From positions 99,152,302-99,198,568 of the forward strand of contig NC_068987.1 in NCBI RefSeq assembly GCF_001194135.2: a stretch of 46,267 nucleotides of DNA. Reading direction: 5' to 3'. The translations under genes and the position numbers were made by a program. Numbering within the stretch: the first letter of the stretch is position 1; the number at the start of each line of letters is the position of its first letter. The notes below the pieces were generated by a model that was given only the letters and a program-made list of their open reading frames with translations, had not been told where the DNA came from and did not search any database. The DNA comes from Octopus bimaculoides (Eukaryota). Below are positions 24,946-35,683 of this stretch, piece by piece.

Positions 24946-25545
24946 AATCCCTCCTCTCTCATCTCCTCCTCTCACACATACATTCTGCCTTCACTCCTTC
25001 GCACCCACTTCTCCTCTCCTCTATTGTTTTGACACCTACTTCCTCTCTTCACTCCTACCCACCTTCCCCCTTTAACCCTCAATCTTTATAGTTACACATT
25101 CCAATTCCACCATCCCTATACATCCCATCCCACCCCATACATCCCAAACATTCCACCCTTACCTTCAACCTCAACCACACACCGCCCTTGTTTCCTGCTC
25201 CCTCGCTTCCCCCACACCCCAACATCACCACACCACACCACACACCACCATTCCACACACCGCCATACCACCACATACCACACCACATACCACCACGCTA
25301 CACACCACTATACCACCCCACAGCACATCACAACACCCTGCGCACACTAGCACTGACCACTACCCAGCACCCACACCATCATCCACACACCTACACATGC
25401 ACACCACACACGTCAAGGTCACCAGTCCCTATTCCCACGACTTTACACGCTCTCACATACACTCGCACGCGCACCCACTTTTGGGATCACCATACTTTAT
25501 TATCTCCCCTTCTTCCCAGCTCTCTTGTTTGACTACCACTGTCCG
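24945..25545. repeat. C-rich low-complexity tract (CCT/CACCA-like), probably the 3' region of the Penelope-like element
   Basis: Almost G-free plus strand directly after the GIY-YIG relic. Confidence 0.75.
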
Positions 25546-25584
25546 GTATTCGCCATGATTGATCTCTGTTTATTTCTGATTTCC

Positions 25585-25615
25585 TTTCTTTTGAAGAGCA
25601 TAGGCTTGAAACTTT
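25585..25615 (+). ncRNA. Degenerate minimal hammerhead-ribozyme-like remnant
   Basis: TTGAAGA-GCATAGGCTT-GAAAC resembles CUGANGA-stemII-GAAAC; C3 is mutated and the NUH/stem I arm is missing. Confidence 0.3.
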
Positions 25616-26124
25616 CTCCCTTCTCCTTTATAGTTATAAAATTAGTGTACATTTAAACAGAAAAAGGCCATCCTGAACAGGCAGCGTTACATGGTAGAAG
25701 TAGCAGTCAAAACAAACGAAACCACATTTAAGAGCAATTTCGAAGCGTGTGAAAAATAAAAACTTTTACCTTGTTCTTTTTTAGGGCCATACCTAGATTT
25801 CGAACACTATTTAGCAAATAAAATAATTTGCTAGGTGAAGTTCTCACCAGTGGCTATTAACATAATTAACATATAATCTAGAGAGAGAATAACACGTATC
25901 TCATCATTATATATTTTATAATTTTTCAAATTCACCGCACAAGCGCGGTTTCAATCTTCAGCAAATGAAGAAATGCCGAATGAACTTCTGAAATTAGTAA
26001 AATGATATTCATAGAATATAGGGTAGCGAAATTTTAGAAATTTCACTACCAGTGGCCATGTATNNNNNNNNNNNNNNNNNNNNNNNNNNNNNNNNNNNNN
26101 NNNNNNNNNNNNNNNNNATATACA

Positions 26125-26240
26125 TATATATACATACACCATGGTTTCTTTCAGTTTCACTCAGCGAAATCCATTCTCAAGTCTGGTTAGACTGACACCA
26201 TAGTAGCAGACAGTTATCTAATGTGCCACGGAAGCAAGCT
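26125..26240 (-). mobile_element. SINE family B, 5' half, diverged
   Basis: GGTTTCTTTCAGTTTCACTCAGCGAAATCCATTCTCAAG is the reverse complement of the B body. Confidence 0.65.
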
Positions 26241-26604
26241 TTTCACTACACAGTCACACTTGTTCATATATATACTCATATATACTCACACACATACATG
26301 AAGAAACAGGTCATGTTTCTGCAAAATAAATCTCAAGTTCATTTATATAGTATATAACCATTTTATTTTTCTCAGAGCTCTATTTTATAGATCTTTAACT
26401 TAATCTGTGGTGAGTCTTCCATTATTTGAAGGAGAGTGATGTATGAAGTAAACATTCTTATAGCAATTCGCAATATATAAGTATATAAGATATATAAATC
26501 AGTCTGAATATTCGTGCTTAAACGATTGTCAGCTACAGGATCTGGGCCGTGCTTAATTTAAAACTGCTTAATACACACACACGTACAGGCACATGCACAC
26601 ACAC

Positions 26605-26672
<68 letters not shown>
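26605..26672. repeat. (TATC)n microsatellite
   Basis: Direct reading. Confidence 0.97.
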
Positions 26673-26674
<2 letters not shown>

Positions 26675-27889
26675 AGGCTAATCATCAGATTTGAATGCAG
26701 AACAATTCAGCGTCCATGGCCGCAGTTGCTTTCTGGTAGAATTCAGATTTTTTTCTCAAACATAATTGAATGTACGTGATAGGCATCATTGACAAAGAAT
26801 ATGGTCAAAAGAAAGTATCACATAATTCACGACATCAACTAAACGCAAAAATGTTCAAAGGGATAATTTTGTGGCGAATATATTTGCGGAATTAAGAGTA
26901 ATAATAATATGAATAATGTATTTAAGTACGTTTGCACTTGGCTTAAACACACAAAGCAAACAGTCATTCACATTCATTAAGACAAAGACACATAGATTAG
27001 TCAGGCGTTATTAGTGTTCCTTTGTAAATGCTATATGAAATACCTCCAGACTCCAGTCTACGCTCATGTGAATAATGAATTATAAGCACACACGGCTTTT
27101 TATGCCATTTCTTACTAGTAAAAGATTGCTTACACATATACACCATTGAATATAAAAATACTATTTGTTCCCGATTTTATTAAACTTCCTTTGTCAATTT
27201 GCATATACAACGCATTTCCCCCTTCTATCTTGACTAATATATTAGTGAGGCGTTAGCTATTGCAGTTCGTCATTCTGTAACTATTTACAAGATAAACGTG
27301 TATTTTAACCAACAATCCAATTTATAATTATTATTCTTTAATTACGCAAGATGGTTGCATACAATAAGCATAAGAAATGGAATTTTAATTAAATGCATTG
27401 CGCAGTTCTGTATATTTCACTGATATTTAATTTACGAATCCGACGCCGGCTGACACATACAGATTTATTCTTTAGTAAGTTGTAGTATGAAAATGGAGTA
27501 TCAATAAAATACTACAAATTAATTACTGAAATTAGTGACCAACAATGTGTATTTGTACAAATCAGTTAATGCGAATTATTAGTAGAGGTCGGATATACAA
27601 TATTTTCATGAGCAACTGAAAACCGAGGAATTTGCAGATATTTATAAGATACGTTGAAATCGGTCTATCTGATAAAGCGCTTTCCCTTTCGATGTGATAT
27701 TTAATATAAAAGAAACATGCATATTTATACAGATATACATAACCATTTCACAGACAGACTTAAAGAGACACAAATACAACATACATGCACGCGTCCGCAC
27801 ACATGCACACACAGACAGACACACACATACGCACACACATGCACACAAACACGCACCCACACATCTATTTTATTTTCTTCTTTTTTCAT

Positions 27890-28035
27890 TTATTTGTTTC
27901 AGTCATTAGACAGCGGTCATGCTGATGCACCTCCTTGAAGAATTTTAGTCCAACAAAGCGAACTCAGTGCTTAGTTTTTAAGCCAACACTTAGTGTTTGT
28001 GATCTCTTTCGTCGAAGTGTAATTTTACAGGGACA
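27890..28035 (-). mobile_element. SINE family B, 3' part, diverged
   Basis: TTGTTTCAGTCATTAGACAGCGGTCATGCTGATGCACC matches the reverse complement of the B tail. Confidence 0.75.
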
Positions 28036-28545
28036 CCCACGCAAACCGACATGCACACATACACATGCACAAATATGCACATATATGAAGGGATTTTGTT
28101 GGTTTCTGTTTAACAAAATGTGACCACACGGCTTATTAGGCGCTTTATTAAATCTCAGGCTATATTAGGCGCTTAATAACATGAAGTCGGACTGAACACA
28201 GAACTATGTACACACACACACACACACACACAAACACACACATATATATATGGATATATATAAACAAGACCCTTGATTCAATAAGACTGTATATAAACTC
28301 TGTATTTGGAATGACCAATTTCATAGACTGTTGGATTTTACTCATAGGATATTGGAATCTCAATAATGGATTTACTAATGCAATGACCAAGCTTAAAGAC
28401 TATTAGATTTTACTCAAAATGTATTGGAATCTTATATGTATACAATTCTGCGTATACAATGGATTTACAAATACAATATCCCTGCATTCATTCTCTATTT
28501 CCTATCTTATCTAAATTAACTATTGCTTAACCATCCTCTCACAAC

Positions 28546-28593
28546 GTCTCCGATGAAGAGATAAAATAAATATCCTGGAAACAGCTGTAAGAC
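28546..28593 (+). ncRNA. Minimal type I hammerhead-ribozyme-like motif of the kind found in Penelope-like elements
   Basis: GTCT | CCGATGA | AGAGATA aaataaa TATCCTG | GAAA | palindromic ACAGCTGT | A | AGAC. Stem I GUCU/AGAC; cleavage triplet GUA at 28587-28589; two deviations from consensus. Confidence 0.6.
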
Positions 28594-28917
28594 CTTCTAT
28601 TTATAAGTGTTCTATAATATACACAGCCTTGGTTTTTCTTATCTCATTACGAAAAGTATATCCTTANNNNNNNNNNNNNNNNNNNNNNNNNNNNNNNNNN
28701 NNNNNNNNNNNNNNNNNNNNNNNNNNNNNNNNNNNNNNNNNNNNTATATATATATATATATATATATATGAGTGTACATATATCTATGTATATAGAGATA
28801 TGCATATGTATTTATATATATTTAGATGTATGCCTGCATGTATGTGTGTATATATCTATGTATACACACACATGCACACACATATACACATAGAAACGTA
28901 TAACTAGATAGATAGAC

Positions 28918-29104
28918 AGGCACAAGTGTGGCTGTGTGGTAGGAAGCTTGCATCCTAACCACACGGTTCCAGGTTCAGTCCCACTGCGTGGCAATTTCGG
29001 CATGTGTCTTCTACTACAGCTTCGAGCCGACCAAAGCCTTGTGAGTGGATTTGGTTGACGAAAACTGGAAGGCCGTCGCATATATATATATGCATATATT
29101 TGTA

Positions 29105-29144
<40 letters not shown>

Positions 29145-29405
29145 TGTGTGTCTATGTGTGTGTGTGTGTGTGTGTGTTTGTGTGTGTGTTTGTGTGTGTG
29201 TGTTTAACTTCCCCCACCACGTCATCGCTTGACAGCCGATACTAGTGTGTTTATGTACCCGTAATATAGCGTTTCAGCAAAAGCGACCAATCGAATAAGT
29301 ACGATGCTTACAAAGAATAAGTCCTGGGATCGATTTCTTCGACTAACACTTCTTAAGGTGATGCTCCAGCATGGTCGCATTCAAGTGACTGAAACAAGTA
29401 AAAGA
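28918..29405 (+). mobile_element. SINE family B, full length, with internal (TA)n(TG)n tract
   Basis: A-box-like TGGCTGTGTGG, B-box-like GGTTCAGTCCC, tract at ~29080-29203, tail ending GTGACTGAAACAAGTAAAAG. Confidence 0.93.
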
Positions 29406-29412
29406 GTATATA

Positions 29413-30665
29413 ATGGGTGTGGCAGAAATCTATTTGTATTGAATTAGCATCTGTTAAAGTTACGTTTAAAAAACAACATCCATCATGTGGTGTCCATTCT
29501 CATTGATGCATTTCTGAAGGCGTTCTCTCCAGCATTATTATGTGGATTTGAGCGAATTCCACGCGAAAAGCTTCCTTTCAATCCTCCTATGTACGGGGCT
29601 TATGCACATACACATGGGGCTTATGCACATATATTTCTTCACAAGAAATAATCACACATGGACAAATAAGTGGGCCGAGGGCGGGAGAGGGGTGCAAGAA
29701 ATGTCAGCAAACATGGAAAGGAGGCGGTCACTGAAGAGAGGGCGAAGAACGCCCACTGATGCTCTGGCTGTGTGGGCTGAAACAACACACGTCGAATAGG
29801 TGTAAGTTTTCGTCGGAATTCAGGCACAAAGAAGTTTAGCATCTCGATAAAACGCTCTGAGTTCACACTAATGGCATTTTCATTATTCTTTTCAAAATGG
29901 TAAGGGCAATGACGGCAGCTTATTCAACAGCACACCAGACTGCCACTTTTGGGCTGTGCAGCGGTCTTTCATGCAGTTCACTCGGATTTTTAAGAGCCCA
30001 ATAACGACAGTTCTGTTGTTTCACAAAGACATTGAGATGAAAATAAGCTTCAACACTCATTAACAAAATGAGGCTGTCATTTGCCTAAAATTTGCTTCTA
30101 TCTAACGCGCGAAGTTAAGTCGCTATGCATAATCTAATGGTTTCAACTCTTGCACAATGACCAATTTGTACTGGTGGAAATGCAGGTTTTCTTGCAAATG
30201 CGCCTAACCGAACCATTACCGATGCTAAGTTCAGTGGAATGACTCCAAGCAGAGCGATTCGGATTCCGTATCAAAGCATGTCTTGCGCGTTTCACATTTT
30301 CTTGCGTCTGTACCGTTCGTGGCGCCCCCACCGTTCTCCTATTTTTTAGTGTACCTCGTGTACGATGTGCATTCATCCAACGTAAGATTGTGTCAGGGGT
30401 GGGAACAGCCTGATTTCAGTGAATATTAAAGTGGTGATCCGAAACTCACGCTGAACTGTTGTGACAGATTCGCTATTCTTCCCTTAAATGTCGTAGGCAA
30501 ACACATTATGCTCTATCGCTCACAGCACCATGACTTTATCTGAAAAGAAAAAAACAAAAATGCTAATACATCATGGACCGAATGGTATCTGTCGAACATA
30601 TGTCCCTTCCTCTGAGGCTAAGTGATAGCCATTTCAGAAACGTTTCTCATCTCTGCTCCACCCTG
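29413..30665 (-). mobile_element. Near-full-length (~1.25 kb) dead Tc1/mariner element
   Basis: Imperfect TIRs (ATGGGTGTGGCAGAA vs CAGGGTGGAGCAGAG) with TA outside. Minus strand: EHNVFAYD..ESVTTVQREFR; GAPRTVQTQENVKRARHALIRNPNRS; LLMSVEAYFHLN..KQQNCRYWA..PSELHERPLHSPKVAVWCAV; VNSERFIEML; AHTARAS; LSMCDYFL. Multiple stops and frameshifts. Confidence 0.88.
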
Positions 30666-30879
30666 TATTATATGTACATATGTGTGTATGTATTGATATA
30701 CCGGAAAAAAATAAAGAGAGAGAGAGAGAGAGAGACAGAGACACAGACCGAAAGAGAAATGTATATAGGTATATACATTTCTACCTTTCCGTACAGGTAT
30801 ATACTCACCACCTTTCCTTAATATTGGTTCCAAGGACTAGACAAATTAAGCGTTCGGGGAAACGGATAAGTCTACAACA

Positions 30880-31034
30880 GCGGAAATTGGACACAGAACA
30901 TATAGGAGAAGGGAATACCAGTAAATATTTTGATCAGCGTGCTAACGGTTCTGCTAGCTCGCAGCCCTGAAAATAACTTAAATATTGATTTCAATTGTGG
31001 CACAAAGCCAGCAATTATGGCAGCTCGCCGCCTT
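30880..31034 (-). mobile_element. Shuffled SINE family A fragments
   Basis: Head piece CGTGCTAACGGTTCTGCTAGCTCG, tail piece GATTTCAATTGTGGCACAAAGCCAGCAATT, second head tip CAGCTCGCCGCCTT. Confidence 0.7.
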
Positions 31035-31749
31035 GAACTTAGGTGAAATATAAGAAATCAAATACATCTATGATGTGTTATCTCGAATGTGGGGAAACTA
31101 ATACTTTTTAGAATTTAGAGAAACAGGATATTTTTTGTTAAATTTTGTCTCACGAAACTGGTGTAATTTATACCTTTTATTTAAGGTCCAAAGTTTGTAA
31201 TTCGGTAATTTTGAGATTTAGAAACGAGCGCCTGATGGAATCACAAAACGCAGGATATGGGAAATAGAGAGACAGCGAAGGTGATCGGAGTGTTTGTTTT
31301 GGTTGGTGAGCATATTAATTTACCTTTGTCAGTAGAGTAGGTGCCTTTTTCATTGAGATAAAAAGTGTCGGGTTAAAAGAAACAGTAAGTCCATCGGATA
31401 GTGGTTTGTGGGTGTGTTGGAAGAAATGAGGCAATCAGATAAATTTCATTCTTTGAGGTTCGATGTAGAATGCTACTCTCTAGTAGCAAATCAACTTATG
31501 CATATTAACTGTATTAGTTGAATTAGTTTTAATTTCGTAATTTATGTGGGCTCCGCGATGATGCAGCTTTAAGGAAAATCTCACAATTAAGTGTTGAACT
31601 TCAGTGAACGTTAGTTAGTTACGCGATAACTATTAGAGATCATTAGAAGCTTTAATATTGAACTAGAGCATTGTTGTTGTTGGTAATATACATTGTATTT
31701 AGAGTGGGATGTATTAAAACGTTTAATATGTATTCGCACTGCAGAAGGA

Positions 31750-32450
31750 TTGTAAATCCTTATGGATAGATGTGATGTATTTAAGGTCTATACTTATGAG
31801 TGTAGAGTATCTCTTGACGTATTATTTAGGTTGAATATGCATGACACTGTTGTAAACTAAGGAATAGTGAAGGTCATTAATCAGCTGCATAGGAATTTTC
31901 GATATCAGAATTTCCATCAAAGAGGACACTAATTAAGAGAAGACAAACGCGGGAGTGAGTGACATTGCCGAACCCGCGAGTTTACCAGAATCAGGAAAAT
32001 GGCGGTCAAATGTGAATTCATCTGTGCATGCTGCAGTTGACTATTCGGAATAGAAGCTAGAAGACATGAGATTTGAATGTAAACATAAGGGATGCAGTAT
32101 AGCTGAATATTAATTCCATGTACATTACCTTTCATGAATTATTAGATGATAATATACTGCTAGTGGGTGTACTATAAAGGAAGAACCAGGCTGTTAAGAC
32201 TCTAAAGATTCTATAGTTGAGGACACACAGAATGACGAGATAGATAGCTTTATGAAATATTCATCAATAATGGTGGTCATTATTTCAAATTTAAAATGGG
32301 TTGAATCTGGAATTTTCAGAATATTTGAGATCAATTTATGGCGGATGGAAATCACCGTAGATTCAAGTCACTGATGTTGCTGGCATGAAAATGGGACGGA
32401 GATAAGGGAAACGCTTGTTGTTAATAAGCGATACCGTTGGTATTCAATTT
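31750..32450 (+). mobile_element. Possible ancient RTE-type LINE reverse-transcriptase relic
   Basis: Only weak echoes in the right order: HELLDDNILL (cf. ELLYADDL) and EIDSF../INNGG (cf. VDSFxYLGxxISxxGG). Confidence 0.2.
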
Positions 32451-33739
32451 CGTTAATTCTTTATTAAAATCCCAATGTAAATTTTCTAGGGTTAAGCATA
32501 AACATGTCCTGGGTGAATAAAGAGAATAATATTTTGGGTGCTGCGAATCGTACACTGAAATACTGAAGCGTAGTCTCATATGACTTGAGAAGTTAATAAA
32601 ACTTATGTAATATTTTTAGACGCAAATTCGACTCCATTAATAATTCAGAAATGATACCAGTATTTTTCACCTCTACACACTTTTGTGAGGTAAAAATCAT
32701 AAAAATAAAACAGACAAAAGCTATAATTATAATACTTAAAGAACATACCCTTTTTAAGTTGGTGCATAATTTGTTGAAATATAGTTAATTTCAACTACAA
32801 AAAATTATTACTTCCGTCTCTTCGTTGCCAGAGAAAAAACATATGCTAGGGCGAACGAAAACAGTTTTTGATCACGCGGTGAAAAAAAGAAAGAACATTC
32901 TTTGATATCATTTCCAGATATTTAAGATGTACTGCATGTAAAAAGATGGTATTGATTTATATGAATTATGATGTTCAGACATAAGACATAGCCTGTAGAT
33001 ATAGTTTATTCGCTACTTATCATCATTTCATCAATGCATAGATTGTGAAGAAGATATACAGATATTTCTTAAGTGCACTATGAATCAAATCACTTCTCAG
33101 AAATATCATATAAATGNNNNNNNNNNTCAGAGTTGGTGGAGATAAGGTAGTTATATAAAATGAGGGGAAGGTGAAATTTTAATGAAATTTTTAGTAGAAA
33201 TATATAAAAAAAAAAACCTTAGATGAAAATAAAATATTACAATACAATGTCAAACAAAGCAAAGAATTGAATATATTTATAATGAGAATGAATAAAACAG
33301 TTAGAGTAACCAACATATCCAGCATAGAAAACAGGAATAATGTCAGTTCAACCCTATATGTTTCAATCACCGGCCACTCATTGTATTGCAATTCTGTGTC
33401 TACACAGACACCTGTTAGCATGTTTTGTATTTGCCGCATGAAAAAACATGGGACGTTCAATGGACATTGTTATTATCTACTGTGATCAATCTCTGATGTG
33501 GTTGTAATGTATATCTTGTTTGATCGTAATTTGTGAATGGAACCTAAATTTTCCAACTCATAAAATATATATCAACTTTATTAACGTTGACTTAGTGCTA
33601 GCATTTAGAATGGATCTTATAGTCCCGATAATTGTTCTCGGAAATATGAGCGCCATTCTCCAGTGTCAAGCGGAATCCTATTTATGTGCATTTTAAACCT
33701 ACAGCCGGCGTTCGTTGTCCCTTTATTTTTAAAACAATG

Positions 33740-34720
33740 TATTTTACATAATTCTTTGCAAATTTGTTTTTACCATTGCAAGGATCCGCGATGCATTTTC
33801 ATCTGCCACTAGTTCTCTTGGGAAGCATATTTATCATTGGCCATTGTTGGAATTGGAAACGTTGAAATACTTTTAGCAAAATAGAATACCGCCTGCTTCT
33901 TTTTTTTCGTTCTCTGCTTGTCTTTCATCACCTCTTCTCGTGCCGTTCCTGTCACCGAAGTAAAAACGCTTCAAGCGGAGTTTGGTGTTACAAACTTTTT
34001 TTCTGGTAGGGTTTCTGTTCTGATAGTGAGTGTAATTGTTTTCTGTGTACGACTACAAAATTATTAACCCTGAGATAGCACTAGATTTTAGGGATCATAA
34101 GACGGTTGATTTCGTAACGACCTTTCCAAATAACCAGCTTGTGTTTATATCCGTTTTACGCACAACCTATTTATATGATGTTAAAAATGATAGGATTAAC
34201 CAAGCTAACATCATAATCACTAGCTCTAAATGTAACTGTTGCATTATGCTGGCTCATTATAAGGTCTATTATCCTTTCTTTCTTCGAAAACTTTGGAAGG
34301 GATACTTCATCGTGTGTAGTGGTTGATGGAAGCCGAGTCTCTTCGGAGATTGGCCTCAAAAGTTTCCGTTAGAGTAAAAGTAATTCAAGAATTCTTTTCA
34401 GAGCAATTCCTTTCTTTGACATGTGTCACGGCCAAGGACGCGTTGTGTTTGCACAACGCTAGATTTATCCTTGCTAGGTGATATACTTTTTAAAAATTAA
34501 TTTAGATGCAGATCATTTATAAAAAAAGGGGAATTTATTTTGTAGGTTATCAATTCTGTTAGAATTCATGCTGACAATGATTGTGCATCATCATCCAGGA
34601 TGGAGTTGCCTACAACATTTGCAACACTTCTAAGGCGTTTTTAAATGACAGTTAGTTTTTTACTCATGTGATTTCTGTTTCTCTTTACTTCATGTAATTT
34701 TAAAACTCCGTTTTCGAAAT
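33740..34720 (-). mobile_element. Possible piggyBac-like transposase relic
   Basis: Weak frameshifted motifs: GTRR...QAVFY (cf. GTRRWPxAVFY) and a downstream KRTSGR*KCIADPCNGKNK reminiscent of the Cys-rich tail; no TIRs seen. Confidence 0.22.
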
Positions 34721-35485
34721 GTATGTCGACTAAGATAATATGTTGGACTTAGATGCCATGTTGGAAATGTTGACAATTAAATTAATACCATTTCTTGTGC
34801 TGGCAATAAAAGCCTTCCTCTCTAGGAACATATTTAACGCAAAATTTTACTCGGCATAGCAAGCAATCCAATTATGTACTTTAAAATAAAACACACGATA
34901 GATAATAACACCCGCCAACACGAGAAACCTAAAAACCATCATTCTTAGCAACAAAAATCAAAGAAAAGCTATGACAACTATAAGAACCACATCAACAATA
35001 ATATCCCTCTCTTTCGTTGATCCAAGGGCTGCACAATTCATCTCAGTCAATTAAAAGGCATGGGATAGTGCGAATTTACAAAAGTACGTGCAATCTATCA
35101 AACCATAATAAGTTTCAAATTTTGCCACAAGGTCAGCCATTTTGGGAAGGGAGATATTGTTTTGGAGCACGCATCTTGGACAAGTGCGCTCGACAGCAGA
35201 GCTATGCAGGTAGAGTTTAACTCGAACTGGCAATACCGCACTTACGTAGTACAGACAAAATAGGGTCTCAGGAGATTACAAAGAGACCCAGAACATTGTG
35301 CGGTGGATGCGACTGAAAGGTCTGAAGAGAATTTACTTTTCGACCAAGCGTGTCTCCACTTTTAGAAGTGCCACTTGGAAAGGCAGTTGAGGTGAGAGAG
35401 AGGTACTGCTGCTCCTCAATATGTTATATGGCAGATGAATCCAGCAATAATAACCCGAGGAAATGGATTTACTTTTTCATATGTC

Positions 35486-35635
35486 TGTAAACTGAAAAAA
35501 ATACAAAGCAGAGACCCTGATGCTTGCCCGCTTGAACAGGCGTGTATGATAAGCACCGTCATATATGAGGCTGAATTTAAAACTACACTCTAAGACAAGC
35601 CAATTTAAAAAAAGAATTACACCAGGTTATGTGAC

Positions 35636-35636
<1 letters not shown>
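35486..35636 (+). mobile_element. Penelope-like GIY-YIG domain N-terminal relic (a different PLE lineage)
   Basis: CKLKKIQSRDPDACPLEQACMISTVIYEAEFKTTL*DKPI*KKNYTRLCD resembles CxC..CPLxGxCLxxxVIYxA..YIGxC. Confidence 0.55.

Positions 35637-35637
<1 letters not shown>

Positions 35638-35681
<44 letters not shown>
35638..35681. repeat. (TATC)n microsatellite
   Basis: Direct reading. Confidence 0.97.
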
Positions 35682-35683
<2 letters not shown>

